Notes under the pieces: model-generated
Database searches by the model: none
Seen by the model: the letters and a program-made list of their open reading frames with translations, nothing else
What the model was told of the DNA's origin: nothing
Translations under genes and position numbers: made by a program
Part shown: positions 26,420-48,319 of the stretch, one piece after another
Layout of the letters: each line of letters starts with the position of its first letter
How positions within the stretch are numbered: the stretch's first letter is position 1
NCBI GenBank assembly: GCA_002269645.1
Contig: NIVC01001011.1
Location: forward strand, 1-64,000
Direction: 5' to 3'
Length of the DNA stretch: 64,000 nucleotides
From: Macrostomum lignano
Lineage: Eukaryota

Positions 26420-27753
26420 GCGAAAAAAGTTAATTTAGAACAAGGACAAGGGCTAGGACAAGACAGAGGCCTTAGCTTGTGTAATAATTGCAGATAATGA
26501 TTAGTCAGTGGCTACGACTAAAGGACCTAAGACAAATGTTATGGATTGTCTAAAGGAGTTTGGAGTGACACAATAAAAGAACTAGTGTGAAAACTTTTGT
26601 TTATAATTTCTTCCTTTAGCCTAGGTTAGTATTTTTATTGACAGTCGCTGCGGAATAAAAAGTAAATCTGAAAAGTGGAATATTACACGCTACCTCAGTT
26701 TCTTCTATGAGCTATGTTAGAAAGATGGAAATCTCTGAAAAAATTAATCCACGTTAAGCAAATAATTTAGAACTCCTATGACAAAATTACAGAAAACAAA
26801 ATGGCACGTTGAATCATCTACTGCAAAAAGCAAAATTACCCATATCAGTAGTAAAAACTCTCCGTTTAATATTAAATACTTTTACTTTGTTAAAACTCCT
26901 ATAACCGTTGGTAACCGTCAGCAGCCATGACAAAGATTCTAATAAAGGATATTTTTATGACTTGATTATAGATAAATTAATGGCATTTTCTATTTCTTCA
27001 CTTTTGAATTAATAATTTGCAGAGCTATGCTGCTTTTTAAGTGGACATTTAAAACAGGAGATTATTAGTTTCACAATCAAGTCACTCTTTAAAAGATTTG
27101 ATAATAATGAAAGTAGTCGATAAGAGTTAAAATTAATGGAAATAGAAGCCAAAAAAGTTTTAGCTTAAGTTTATCATTCCAACATGCCGCACAAATAAAA
27201 TAACTGAGCACATTTAAATGCACAATTTATTTAGTCGAAAACGAAAAAAATGAATATTTAAATGATTCCATAGTAGTTGAAAACACTGGGAACTGTATAC
27301 AATGTTTCTGCATTAACATGACACTTGGTATTGGCACGCGGCTAAAATTTTCGCTAAAATACATTGAGCTTCTTAACAAAATTAACAAAATATGGATAAA
27401 AAACAGCAGCATGCAACACAAAGCAAAATTATAATGCTGTACAATGGATTATCTTCTTGCAATGCAAACGACATTAGAAAATACGTTTAGAATGTACAAG
27501 CTACAACTGTTTAGTGCAGGATATTAATAAAAATGATGACTTCTATCAGAAAGCTCAGCTGCTTGTATTCCTTAAGCTGTTTTATTTTGACAAATAGGGA
27601 GCTGTTAGTGCATAAAAAATATATAAATTATTACTAATTATACATTATTTTACTCAATGGTAAAGTGTAAGAAGACAAGTAGCAGTGCGAAAATATATAA
27701 GAATTTTTACCAAATCATCTACTGAAGCGAAATAAAGAAATACTTGGATGAAC

Positions 27754-30700
27754 TCAGACCCGATCCGCCTTATACTCGTAGCCGCACTCCTGGCCAGCAT
27801 CGTTGTCAACAGTCAGCAGACTGGAACTATCAGGCGAGGCCAGCACCAGTAGGTGCGTTGTTGGCGACGGTGTTGATGAGCGAATCGATACGGATTCGAA
27901 CTCTGGCTCCTCCCGCCCGCCGCCTAGCTTGTGAACGGGGGTTAATTTAACATTTGGCGACGCTTTCAACGGCTGATGACGACGGCCGCGCAGTGGTCTG
28001 TGCGGTGAACATTTAGCGACACTATTGCCGACATTGCTGTTCTCCTTGTCTTGGCCTCTCATACCAGGGATTATATTGGGGTTGGCGATGCTCTTCACTG
28101 CTGTCGCCGCCTCCGATGCGGGCTTGTTCAAGTTTGAATTTGTCTGCGCGCCAACCCGAAGGAAAGCCGGCAGCTCCAGATTGCGGGCGTCGATTTTGCC
28201 GCGCTGATCGTCCATTCGGCTGCCCTGAACTCGGGCCAGCAGCTCCACTAGCGAGTCGTCTTTGACGCTGCCTGCGCCAGCGGCTGCATCTGCCGAGGCC
28301 GCCATTGGATTCTTCAATTTCGACAACGACGAGGGGGACGACAGAGTCGCCGATTGCCAGGGCACCGCCGAGGCCGGTCGGCGTGGCGACGAAGTCACCG
28401 GAATATTCGTCACAGCCCCGACAGAGGCGGTGGCAGCGATGGGAGTTGAGGTTGGAGTCTGGATATTTTTTGGAGGATAAGATGGTATCGGTGAGTTATG
28501 ACGCAGAAACTGAGGATCTGGGAGGCTGGCTCAGCAACGAGGATCTGGGAGGCTGGCTCAGCAACGAGGATCTGGGAGGCTGGCTCAGCAACTGAGGATC
28601 TGGGAGGCTGGCTCAGCAACTGAGGATCTGGGAGGCTGGCTCAGCAACTGGGGATCTGGGAGGCTGGCTCAGCAACTGAGGATCTGGGAGGATGGCCCAG
28701 CAACTGGGGATCTGGGAGGCTGGCTCAGCAACTGAGGATCTGGGAGGCTGGCTCAGCAACTGGGGATCTGGGAGGCTGGCTCAGCAACTGAGGATCTGGG
28801 AGGCTAGCTCAGCAACTGGGGGTCTGGGAGGCTGGCTCAGCAACTGAGGATCTGGGAGGATGGCTCAGCAACTGAGGATCTGGGAGGCTGGCTCAGCAAC
28901 TGAGGATCTGGGAGGCTAGCTCAGCAACTGGGGATCTGGGAGGCTGGCTCAGCAACTGAGGATCTGGGAGGCTAGCTCAGCAAATATGGGGTCTGGGAGG
29001 CTGGCTCAGCAACTGAGGATCTGGGAGGCTGGCTCAGCAACGAGGATCTGGGAGGCTGGCTCAGCAACTGAGGATCTGGGAGGCTGGCTCAGCAAACTGG
29101 GGATCTGGGAGGCTGGCTCAGCAACTGGGGATCTGGGAGGCTGGCTCAGCAACTGAGGATCTGGGAGGCTAGCTCAGCAACTGGGGGTCTGGGAGGCTGG
29201 CTCAGCAACTGAGGATTTGGGAGGCTGGCTCAGCAACTGGGGATCTGGGAGGCTGGCTCAGCAACTGAGGATCTGGGAGGCTAGCTCAGCAACTGGGGGT
29301 CTGGGAGGCTGGCTCAGCAACGAGGATCTGGGAGGCTGGCTCAGCAACTGAGGATCTGGGAGGCTGGCTCAGCAACTGGGGATCTGGGAGGCTGGCTCAG
29401 CAACTGAGGATCTGGGAGGCTAGCTCAGCAACTGAGGATCTGGGAGGCTGGCTCAGCAACTGAGGATCTGGGAGGCTGGCTCAGCAACGAGGATCTGGGA
29501 GGCTGGCCCAGCAACTGAGGATCTGGGAGGCTGGCATAGCAACTGAGGATCTAGGAGAATCACTTGCAAAAAACTACAAGTAAGTATTTTAATTGTTTAA
29601 AACTGGCACGCCTACCAACCTGCAGCTCGCAGACGCCGCCAGAGTCGAAGCAAATCAGGCCGGAGTTGATGGCGCTCGCCATGCGATCCGCATTCCACTG
29701 GCAGTCTTGCAGCAGTCGAGACAGGCCGCTGTGTGAAGGATCTGGAAATTTTTAATGGATTCTAATGCGTATTATTGCTTTAATTGAAGCCTAGAGATAC
29801 TACTCTAGGTAGTGAAGACAAATCGGTTCTTTAAGAAAAAAAGGCAAAAACTGACAATTAGAAATTGCACTTGAACAAATTAGTAAGGCAAATTTCATAT
29901 TTCTTTCCCAGAATACTAAGTTAACAGTCGGCATGGTTTCACCGGCAGCACGGAATTCATTAAAAGTACATTTTAAGGACAGAAGAAACGGCCTTCAAAA
30001 ATGATAAAAGCTAAATTTTGTTAAAATTATTTTCATCAACACACTACAAACTTACGACTCACCATTGTTCACGGAATAAAAATAAATAGTAAAATACGTA
30101 CGAACTACTCTACAGTAGTTTACTAGTACGCTGAAACACAAAGTCAAATGGGTCGAATTTGTTAAAATGCAAAAAACCCGGAGCTGTCATCGCCTGAGCT
30201 TTGCGGGCAGGGAGACGAGGCTGGGCCTGCTCGGCCTTTGACGATTTTCGCCAAATTTAATGCCATCACAATCTGCATGCACGAATCAATAGGGAAACGA
30301 TAATTTACTTAGTGCGAGGATAAGATGATTGCAGACATCAGGTGTTAAGACGAGAAGGATAATTAGAACAATTAACACAGTGGGAAATTAGTTAAACGCA
30401 ACTTAGGGCCATCAGGGTGACCAGAAGTAAAGGTAATCCAATACAGGATATAGTCAATTGGGTCGGGGGGCACCAGGTGTGCGGGTAATTAAATACGCAA
30501 GATAAGATAAATAAGATCACCAGATGTAAAGATAATCAAATACACCAGATAAAGATAATTAGGGCTACCAGGTGTGAAGTCAATTAAAAACGCCAGATAA
30601 AGATAATTAAGGACAACAGGTGTGAGGCTAATTAAACACGCCAGATAAAGATAATTAAGGACAACAGGTGTGAGGCTAATTAAACACGCCAGATAAAGAT

Positions 30701-33700
30701 AATTAGGGACACCAGGTGGGAAGGTAATTAGAGACACAAGATGAAGACAATAAAAAATACGTAAAATAAGAGAAAATTTTTATACTTAAATACATCACTT
30801 GCATACTAATAGTAATAAACAGAAACTCTATGATAATTCGAGTTCAACTCGGAAATTGTGAGAACACTCACCAGTCAGCAGATCTTCAGCTGGCACCAGT
30901 GCAAACTGGCGCCTATGATCCGCTCGGGTCAGCCGCCTGGTGTCCCAGGGTACAGCAGCGGCTGCGGCGGCGGCAACAGAGCCCGATGACTCAACAGGTG
31001 CAACAGCCATCAGCAGGCCGTCGCCGGGGGTTTCTAGGCCGTATTTTGAGCAGATTGGGCCCAGGGCGTCTCGAAATGACTGACCGGGCGAGGCGCGGAC
31101 AGCCAGCCAAGCAGACGACGAAAGCCCGGCTGTTGAAGCGTTTGTGCCGCTGCGCTGTCGCTGCTGTTTCTGCTGCCGACGCGATTTGAATCCCACTAGG
31201 AGGTCGACTTTGTTGCCAACGCCCGACTGATCGCCGCCTGCTGCTAGGACTTTTGAGTAGCGCTTGCTGGACCGGCCTGTGGGATATTTATCATCAAAAA
31301 AGGAACCAGATGACTCCCCTAGTTGTAGGATATTTATCCTCAAAAGAGAAACTAGATGACTCCCCCTAACTGTGGGATATGCATCTCCAAAAGAGGAACT
31401 AGATGACCCACTAATTATGGGATATGTAACCCCAAAAGAGGAACTAGATGACCCACTAACTATGGGATATGCATCCCTAAAAGAGGAACTAGATGACTCC
31501 CCCTAACTGTGGGATATGCATCTCCAAAAGAGGAACTAGATGACTCCCCCTAACTATGGGATATGCATCCCCAAAAGAGGAACTAGATGACTCCCCCTAA
31601 CTATGGGATATGTATCCCTAAAAGAGGAACTAGATGACCCACTAACTATGGGATATGCATCCCTAAAAGAGGAACTAGATGACCCCCTAACTGTGGGATA
31701 TGTATCCCCAAAAGAGGAACTAGATGACCCACTAACTATGGGATAGTTATCCCCAAGAGGGATATGGGATATGGGATATTTATCCCTACTAGATGACCCA
31801 CTAACTATGGGACATTTATCCTCACAACGGGAACAAGATGACCCCCTAACTATGGGATATTTATCCCCACAGGACTAACCCCGCATCAGCGAGGCCAGAA
31901 AGCCCCGACCGCTGCGCTGCTGCTGCTTGTCCCGACTCCGGTCTCGATCGGGATTGCTCAGCAGTCCAACGCTTCGAGTAGACGCCATGTTTGACTGCTT
32001 ATTCTGCTGCTTATTCTGCTGCTTATTCTGCTGCTCCTGCTTCTGTTGCTGACTCGCATTGGGCAAGGGCCGCGACTGCAGCTCGCACAGCAGGCAGTCT
32101 TTGTACAGCTGAGATTTCAGAAACCTGGCATAGCTGTCCATGCGCATCAGGTTGAAGATGTGCTGCTGGGCGGGGTCAAATAAGGTCAGGGGAGGCGGCT
32201 GCGACCCCTGCTGCGCAAGACAGGCCTGGATGGTATCGACCGTACAGCTGTCGATGTTGACGCTTGAAGGGGCGCTGGGGCCAACGAAGGTTGATGCAAT
32301 TTGATCGGCCGCGGAACGAATCTGGAAGAATCAAAGATTTGAAATATACCGCAATTATGAAAATCGATTATCCCTTTTTTTGAGGTCGTCAAAATCATTT
32401 TCTCTAATGAAGCTAAACTATAAAAATCGAGGTAAAATCATCCTCAAATTGAGATGGACGCCAAATCCCATTAAAATTATTCCCAAACCCGAAAGCAACA
32501 TTAGAATCCGATTAAAATTATCCCCAAACCCGAAAGCGACACCAGAATCCCCTTAAAATTATCCCCAAACCCGAAAGCGACACCCAGAATCCCATTAAAA
32601 TTATCCCCAAACCCGAAAGCGACACCCAGAATCCCATTAAAATTATATCTCAAACCTGAAAGCGACACCAGAATCCCATTAAAATGATCCCCAAACCTAG
32701 AAGCGACACCAAAACCTAGAAGGACAATTAATATCCCACTCGCACCTGGTCAGCGTTGGCCAACAGCCGATAGTCTTCAACAGCCAGCCAGAAGGCGATG
32801 TTCTCTTCGCTGAACTCCAACCGCAAGAAGTCGGTGAACACGCCGACACCGACAGGATCGGCTAGCAGATGCGGCAAACCCGTGGCCCACTTGGCAACGC
32901 TGCTGGCGGACTCGGGCTCGGGTTCGACACCCATCGAGCTGAGATTTCGTTCGCTAGAAGCCAGAGACGAGTTGAGCAGGTGCGGATGCCTGCCGGATGT
33001 GTTTTGCTGGTCGGTGGGGTCCGGGATCGAGGCCGGGTCGGCGGCAGCCGCTGAAGTGGCGGGGTCGGCGTCGAGCTCGGATGCGCTGCTGGTCAGACTC
33101 TGCAGCGATCGGCCGGTTGGAAAATGAAATTACATTTTCAATTAATTGGTGCTAATAGTGTCTTTATGTCTTGGTGTCTTGATGTCCTAGGGTCTTTATG
33201 TCTTGGTGTCCTGATATCCTAGGGTCTTTATGTCTTGGTGTCCTGATATCCTAGTGTTTTAATGTCTTGGTGTCCTGATGTCCTAGGGTTTCAATGTCTT
33301 GGTGTCCTGATATCCTAGTGTTTTAATGTCTTGGTGTCCTGATATCCTAGTGTTTTAATGTCTTGGTGTCCTGATATCCTAGTGTTTTAATGTCTTGGTG
33401 TCCTGATATCCTAGTGTTTTAATGTCTTGGTGTCCTGATATCTTCATGTCCTGATATCTTAGTGTTTTAATATCTTCATGTCCTGATATCTTCATGTCCT
33501 GATATCCTATTGTTTTAATATCTTCATGTCCTGATATCTTCATGTCCTGATATCCTAGTGTTTTAATGTCTTCATGTCCTGATATCTTCATGTCCTGATA
33601 TCTTAGTGTTTTAATATCTTCATGTCCTGATATCTTCATGTCCTGATATCCTATTGTTTTAATATCTTCATGTCCTGATATCTTCATGTCCTGATATCCT

Positions 33701-36168
33701 AGTGTTTTAATATCTTCATGTCCTGATATCCTAGTGTTTTAATATCTTCATGTCCTGATATCCTAGTGTTTTAATGTCTTGATGTCCTGATATCTTCATG
33801 TCCTGATATCCTAGTGTTTTAATATCTTCATGTCCTGATATCCTAGTGTTTTAATATCTTCATGTCCTGATATCCTAGTGTTTTAATATCTTCATGTCCT
33901 GATATCCTAGTGTTTTAATGTCTTGATGTCCTGATATTCTAGGGTTTTAATGTCTTGGTGTCCTGATGCCATACAGAAACCTATATTTCATAATTCAAAT
34001 TTACTGGCTAATCTGTGCTGCGAGATAGATTAACTTGAATGTCTGATGTCTGAATATCTTAACAATGATAATTTTCGAGAGGGATTTTGACTGATGTAAG
34101 AGTATTGCTTTGAATCAAATCCTTGTGTGTCCTGAGATTACTACTAATAGTCGTATGCATGCAGATGTTATCGGGTCTGCACCAACTGAAGATCAAGTTT
34201 TCAATATTCAGAGTCGAACCTCGGTCGACATCGCCGTTGAGCGTCGGCGAAGTTTTCGAAACGAGCCAGAAGCGCCGCGAGCAAAACGGCGAAGAAACGA
34301 CGGCGACTGAGACGGCACAGTCGGCTGTTGCGGTGGGGGCGGTGGCGGCATTGGCACTTTGAAAGTCGCAGTGGAAGATGCCGTACTACTCGTTGTCGTC
34401 GCAATGGACGAGGAAGACATAACTGTTGCCGACTGCCGACGACTTGAGCCGACGGAACGCCAGGCGCACAGCGACCGCAGCGCCGTCAGAACAGCACCGG
34501 CGTCTGGCGGGAACGATCGACAACTACAGCCTGTTACAGTCGACGATGTCGATAAACCGACGGCGGAACAGACGATGCCGAACGCGGCTGCCCACTGGGC
34601 GTGAGCGGCATGGCTGGCGGCCAGTTGCGGGTTGGCACAGAAGCCGTGCACAGTCAGGGCGCTGGCGCCGCTGGAGCAGCCGGTCAGCAAGCCGAAATAG
34701 GCGGCGTCCTGACTGTGCCGGCCCGCCAGGAGAAGCTGCTGCTGCTGACTGTCGGTGGCAGACAGGCGGAACAGACAGCGACCGGTGCAGCTGGTCAGAG
34801 AGATGCTCACTAAGCAGTTCTCATTATCATCATCGTCATCATAATCCTCATTTTTATTAATGCCACAGCTCTCAGCATCCAGCGCCAATTCTTCATCAAT
34901 ATCTAGGGTGGCTAGAGTGACAGCTCTGGCTTCGGACTTCAGTCGGGCAACAGCCGAGGCGACAGTTCTAGTAGCCGAGGCCTGACAGCTGACTGGCGGG
35001 ATGCTGAGCGAGCCGATGTAGCTGAGCACGAATTTGTGCCGACAGATCACCCGCCTGCGCTGCTTGGAGCGTCTGTGCCTTAGCTGGTGCTGCGCCTGCT
35101 GCTGCTGCTTCTGGTGCCGATGCCTGGGGACCTGCTCGTAGCGAACCTCCGGCCCGATGATGCGCGGATCCGAGGTGGCCACTCGCGGTGGAGGCGGCGG
35201 CGGCGGTGGAGGCGGCGGCGGTGGAGGCGGCGGCGGTGGAGGCGGCGGCAGAGGCGTTTGATTCGCCTGCAGTGCATACAGTGATAATGTGGCTCTAAAT
35301 GCCCGCTGATTGATCACTCATTTGCTCCTTAAATCCTCCTTCAGCCCTCAAATCGAATCCGCCCCCAACATCAGCCCTCAAATCCGCCCCCAAACATCAG
35401 CCCTCAAATCCCCCCCAAACATCAGCCCTCAAATCCGCCCCCAACATCAGCCCTCAAATCCGCCCCCAAACATCAGCCCTCAAATCCCCCCCAAACATCA
35501 GCCCTCAAATCCGCCCCCAAACATCAGCCCTCAAATCCGCCCCAAACATCAGCCCTCAAATCCGCCCCCAAACATCAGCCCTCAAATCCGCCCCAAACAT
35601 CAGCCCTCAAATCCGCCCCCAAACATCAGCCCTCAAATCCGCCCCAAACATCAGCCCTCAAATCCGCCCCAAACATCAGCCCCCAAATCCGCCCCCAAAC
35701 ATCAGCCCTCAAATCCGCCCCAAACATCAGCCCTCAAATCCGCCCCAAACATCAGCCCTCAAATCCGCCCCCAGCCCTCAAATCCGCCCCCAGCCCTCAA
35801 ATCCGCCCCTAGCCCTCAAATCCGCCCCCAGCCCTCACCGGTGCCACTATCAGCGTGAGCAGGCCACCGCACCTGGCGATGGCAGCGGCCACGTCGTCGT
35901 GAGCCAGGCCGCGCACGGAGACGCCGTTGACGCCGAGCAGAGCATCGCCAGGCCTCAGAGCGGCCAGATCAGCCGGGCTGCCCGGCACGATGCAGCTGAG
36001 CATGCAGGGAGACTGGCCGTTGATTGTGAAACCAAATCCGATACGAGACCGGCTGAGCTGAACTGTGCGAGTTCTCTGATTGACACCGTGCTGATGCTGC
36101 TGATGATGAATGGGATGCTGGGCGGCTAACGGGGCAGCTGTAGCCAATGCTGCTGCTCCTGCATCCAT
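27754..36168 (-). CDS. RGS12: Regulator of G-protein signalling RGS12/loco-like (PDZ-PTB-RGS-RBD-GoLoco), ~1134 aa, 7 exons
   Basis: Exons 36168-35839 (PDZ, GFGFTINGQSPC), 35266-34220 (PTB-like), 33099-32746 and 32321-31880 (RGS: EFSEENIAFWLAVEDY...IFNLMRMDSYARFLKS), 31276-30872 (RBD-like), 29741-29620, 28458-27754 (GoLoco: LVELLARVQGSRMDDQRG). All phases are compatible; the exon 2 donor (GTTCGA) is weak. Confidence 0.92.
28511..29555. repeat. 27/28-bp minisatellite filling RGS12 intron 6
   Basis: Unit CTGAGGATCTGGGAGGCTGGCTCAGCAA, >35 copies. Confidence 0.95.
30330..30745. repeat. Degenerate ~48-bp minisatellite, RGS12 intron 5
   Basis: Unit CACGCCAGATAAAGATAATTAAGGACAACAGGTGTGAGGCTAATTAAA. 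Confidence 0.8.
31285..31875. repeat. ~45-bp minisatellite filling RGS12 intron 4
   Basis: Unit AAAAGAGGAACTAGATGACCCCCTAACTATGGGATATGCATCCC. Confidence 0.92.
32460..32720. repeat. ~42-bp minisatellite, RGS12 intron 3
   Basis: Unit CCCATTAAAATTATCCCCAAACCCGAAAGCGACACCAGAAT. Confidence 0.9.
33160..33970. repeat. 16/32-bp compound minisatellite, RGS12 intron 2
   Basis: Units TCTTGGTGTCCTGATATCCTAGTGTTTTAATG and TCTTCATGTCCTGATA. Confidence 0.92.
35335..35835. repeat. ~26-bp minisatellite filling RGS12 intron 1
   Basis: Unit CAGCCCTCAAATCCGCCCCCAAACAT; the array abuts the donor site. Confidence 0.92.
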
Positions 36169-36279
36169 GAAGTGGCGGCTGCAGCAATTGGATGATTTTA
36201 GTTTTTGGTAGCATGAGAAATATACTGATAGAGGGTACTACAGCTTAATACAAATCCAAACAGGCAGACAGATAGAGGA

Positions 36280-36650
36280 TAGACACAGACAGACAGACAC
36301 CCTGACGGTGGACAGACACTCACAGAGGAAAACAACAGACAGACATGCAAATTATAAGGGACAGGCACCCACAGACACGCAGACAGAGGACAGGCACCCA
36401 CAGACACGCAGACATAGGACAGGCACTCACAGACACGCAGACATAGGACAGGCACTCACAGACACGCAGACATAGGACAGGCACTCACAGACACAGAGAC
36501 ATAGGACAGGCACTCACAGACACAGAGACATAGGACAGGCACTCACAGACACGCAGACACAGGACAGGCACTCACAGACACGCAGACACAAGACAGGCAC
36601 TCACAGACACAAGTCAGACACACATAGACGCAGACACAGGACAGACAGTC
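36280..36650. repeat. 29-bp minisatellite upstream of the RGS12 start codon
   Basis: Unit GGACAGGCACTCACAGACACGCAGACATA. Confidence 0.88.
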
Positions 36651-37139
36651 ACAAACACTGCATGTAGAAACAAATAAGAAGTACAGGTTTCAGAGTGACC
36701 AAGCGGAATTATCGTTAAAAATGTATATTTCAGTAAACTTCGTTCGTTAGTAAATGGTTAAATTGCACTTTGTCATACCATTAAATAAATTTCATAACGT
36801 TATTATAAGTATTACTAAAGCACGGAGCAGTGAACTATAGAGAGCAAATACGGTGCAAAACACGCTGGTTGAATCGATCGAATGGTCAGAAAAGAAAACT
36901 GCCAGAAAGATGTCAAAGACATGTAAAGATTAACTTATTAAAAAAATTAAAATAAAAAGCTTCAGAAAATTAGTAAAACTGTCGTTTGAAAACAAATTAT
37001 TGATTTATAATTTCTTAACTGCTATTTTCTTTTCAATTATTACACATAATTATTATATGAGAACAAACAAAATATGGACTATGTAAAAACTGCTCACTAA
37101 TTTAATAAGTGCAAAACTTCTGGTAATATGATCTTAAGC

Positions 37140-37915
37140 TGGGGGTAGCGGAGAGAGGGTAATGAAGAGGGTAGTGAAGAGGCGAGTGGAGAGAGGGTAA
37201 CGAAGAAAGGGTAGCGGAGAGGGTAGTAAAGAGAGGGTAGCAAAGAGGGTTTCGGAGAGAGGGTAGTGAAGAGAGGGTAGCGAAGAGAGGGTAGCGGAGA
37301 GAGGGTAGTGAAGAGAGGGTAGTGAAGAGAGGGTAGTGAAGAGGGTAGCGGAGAGAGGGTAGTGAAGAGAGGGTAGTGAAGAGAGGGTAGTGAAGAGGGT
37401 AGTGAAGAGGGTAGCGGAGAGAGGGTAGTGAAGAGAGGGTAGTGAAGAGAGGGTAGTGAAGAGAGGGTAGTGAAGAGGGTAGCGGAGAGAGGGTAGTGAA
37501 GAGAGGGTAGTGAAAGAGAGGGTAGTGAAGAGAGGGTAGTGAAGAGAGGGTAGTGAAGAGAGGGTAGTGAAAGAGAGGGTAGTGAAGAGAGGGTAGTGAA
37601 GAGAGGGTAGTGAAGAGAGGGTAGTGAAGAGAGGGTAGTGAAGAGAGGGTAGCGGAGAGAGGGTAGTGAAGAGAGTAGTGAAGAGAGGGTAGCGGACAGA
37701 AGGTAGTAAAGAGAGGGTAGCGGAGAGAGGGTAGCGGAGAGAGGGTAGCGGAGAGAGGGTAGTGAAGAGAGGGTAGTGAAAGAGAGGGTAGTGAAGAGAG
37801 GGTAGTGAAGAGAGGGTAGTGAAGAGAGGGTAGCGGAGAGAGGGTAGTAAAGAGAGGGTAGCGGAGAGAGGGTAGCGGAGAGAGGGTACAGAAAGAGGGT
37901 AGCGAGAGGGGTAAG
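37140..37915. repeat. 14-bp minisatellite between PASK and RGS12
   Basis: Unit GAGAGGGTAGTGAA and variants. Confidence 0.95.
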
Positions 37916-38394
37916 AGAGAGGCAATGTATACATACGCGTATTGCAAACAACTTAAAGTGCGTATATATAATGTTAGAAGCAAATCGATATTTGCCTGAT
38001 TCCAATGGCAACAAGTAGAAAGATTATAGGAAAAAACAGTCACAGACAAATCGAACACAAGCTTAGAATACTATTAGCGAACTAAAGCTGTAACATATTA
38101 TTTAAAAACAAGGAAAGACGAAACGCGATTAAAAGGCAGTTTGGGGTGGCAACTAAGACAAATGGATATGTGCAGGAGTTCTCAAAGAAACAATCGAAAG
38201 AAAGTGACAGCAGTTAAAAGAGAAATGCTACTGTAGTTAACGGTGAATTTTATTTAGAATAAAAATGTATTGAGACTTCTTAGCATGTGCGACTACATCC
38301 CAACATGTTAAAACGATAGTAAAGATACACACTATACAGATGTGTACACTATCCCAACAGGGGTACACCATCCTAACAGGTGTGCACCAACATA

Positions 38395-39110
38395 ACAGGT
38401 GTACACACTATCTCAACAGGTGTACACACTATCTCAACAGGTGTACACACTATCTCAACAGGTGTACACACTATCTTAACAGGTGTACACACTATCTCAA
38501 CAGGTGTACACACTATCTCAACAGGTGTACACACTATCTCAACAGGTGTACACACTATCTTAACAGGTGTACACACTATCTCAACAGGTGTACACACTAT
38601 CTCAACAGGTGTACACACTATCTCAACAGGTGTACACACTATCTCAACAGGTGTACACACTATCTCAACAGGTGTACACACTATCTTAACAGGTGTACAC
38701 ACTATCTCAACAGGTGTACACACTATCTCAACAGGTGTACACACTATCTCAACAGGTGTACACACTATCTCAACAGGTGTACACACTATCTTAACAGGTG
38801 TACACACTATCTCAACAGGTGTACACACTATCTCAACAGGTGTACACACTATCTTAACAGGTGTACACACTATCTCAACAGGTGTACACACTATCTCAAC
38901 AGGTGTACACACTCTTATAACAGGTGTACACACTATCTCAACAGGTGTACACACTATCTCAACAGGTGTACACACTATCTCAACAGGTGTGCACACTATC
39001 TCAACAGGTGTACACTATCTCAACAGGTGTACACACTATCTCAACAGGTGTACACACTATCTCAACTGGTGTACACACTATCTCAACTGGTGTACACACT
39101 ATCTCAATAG
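38395..39110. repeat. 21-bp minisatellite between PASK and RGS12
   Basis: Unit ACAGGTGTACACACTATCTCA, >30 copies. Confidence 0.95.
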
Positions 39111-39406
39111 ATAGTGTTCGTCATCCTAAAAGGAGTGTACACGTACATTATCAGCCCATTTCAATGTAACTTCATGTAACAAAAAATAGAATGTCGAAAA
39201 CTCTCCCGATATGTATAGAAAAAATCAGTTTGTAAAGGGTGAGAAGGAAAAAAAGCGGGACGGAAACCGTATAAAAAATTGCACACATGTGTTTAATAAA
39301 AGCACTAATAAGATACAGAAGGCTACACAAGTGAGATTATTAAATAGTATTGATTAAATATAAAACTGTAGGCAAATTGCAGAACAATAAGCCCTATGCT
39401 CCCACA

Positions 39407-47480
<8,074 letters not shown>

Positions 47481-48319
47481 GTCGCGCAGGTTCTGAGATA
47501 TGGTTTCAGAGTTTGGTCAGCTAATGTGATGACTAATTTTAAAATAGCTTGACAAAAATTTGCAAGAACCGATCTTTTGTCGAAAAAAACATCATTTTAT
47601 TTAGTATAATGCCTTCTGCGAGTACTAGACTGTTTAGATCCTTATTAATTAGATAGTTAGATAATTAATAACTATGTTTAGGAATGCATCATAGGTCGGT
47701 AAACTCTGGACTGCGAAACCTCTCTATCCGGCCCTCGGGTCCTTTGAAACTTCACAATAGCAATCTGGCCTGCTCGAGGGTTTTGCACCTTTTCAGCTCT
47801 CTCCTATCTTCTCTCTCCTCTCACTCCTCTTCTCTCTCCTTCTCTCACCCTCTCCCCTCCTCTCTCCTCTGAGCCCTCTTCTCACTTTCCTCTCTCCTCT
47901 CCTCTCACTCCTTTTCTCTCTTCTAAATAGTTTTATTAAATAAAACTAGCTATCTTATTATTTTCTTTTTCCTACTACTACTAGGCCCTATCATATCTAT
48001 GCATTCTAAATATTACTTAGCCAATTCAAATATAGTATATTTTATTGAAATTGCTATATTTTTATCTAAAAAGCCTTTTTGTAATAAAAGCCTATTTTTG
48101 TATATTATTTTTTTATAAAAAAGAATATAAGTATTGAACACTTAATTATTTAATCTTATTTTTAAAATCAAAGCAACATAATATTTTTATATCAATTTTT
48201 TAATTTCCAATATTTGCAACATTTGGTTTTAAGATTATAAAATATAGGCCTATTAAAAGCCTTTTTGGATATTAAAGCCAAAGGTAAAATAGGCCATTTT
48301 ACTTTAGACACTAAAAGGC

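Noticed and set aside
30180-30285. GC-rich island in RGS12 intron 5 as an extra exon (DCDGIKFGENRQRPSRPSLVSLPAKLRR*)
   Set aside because: It hits a stop in the phase-compatible frame and has no good donor; the flanking exons already join in frame.
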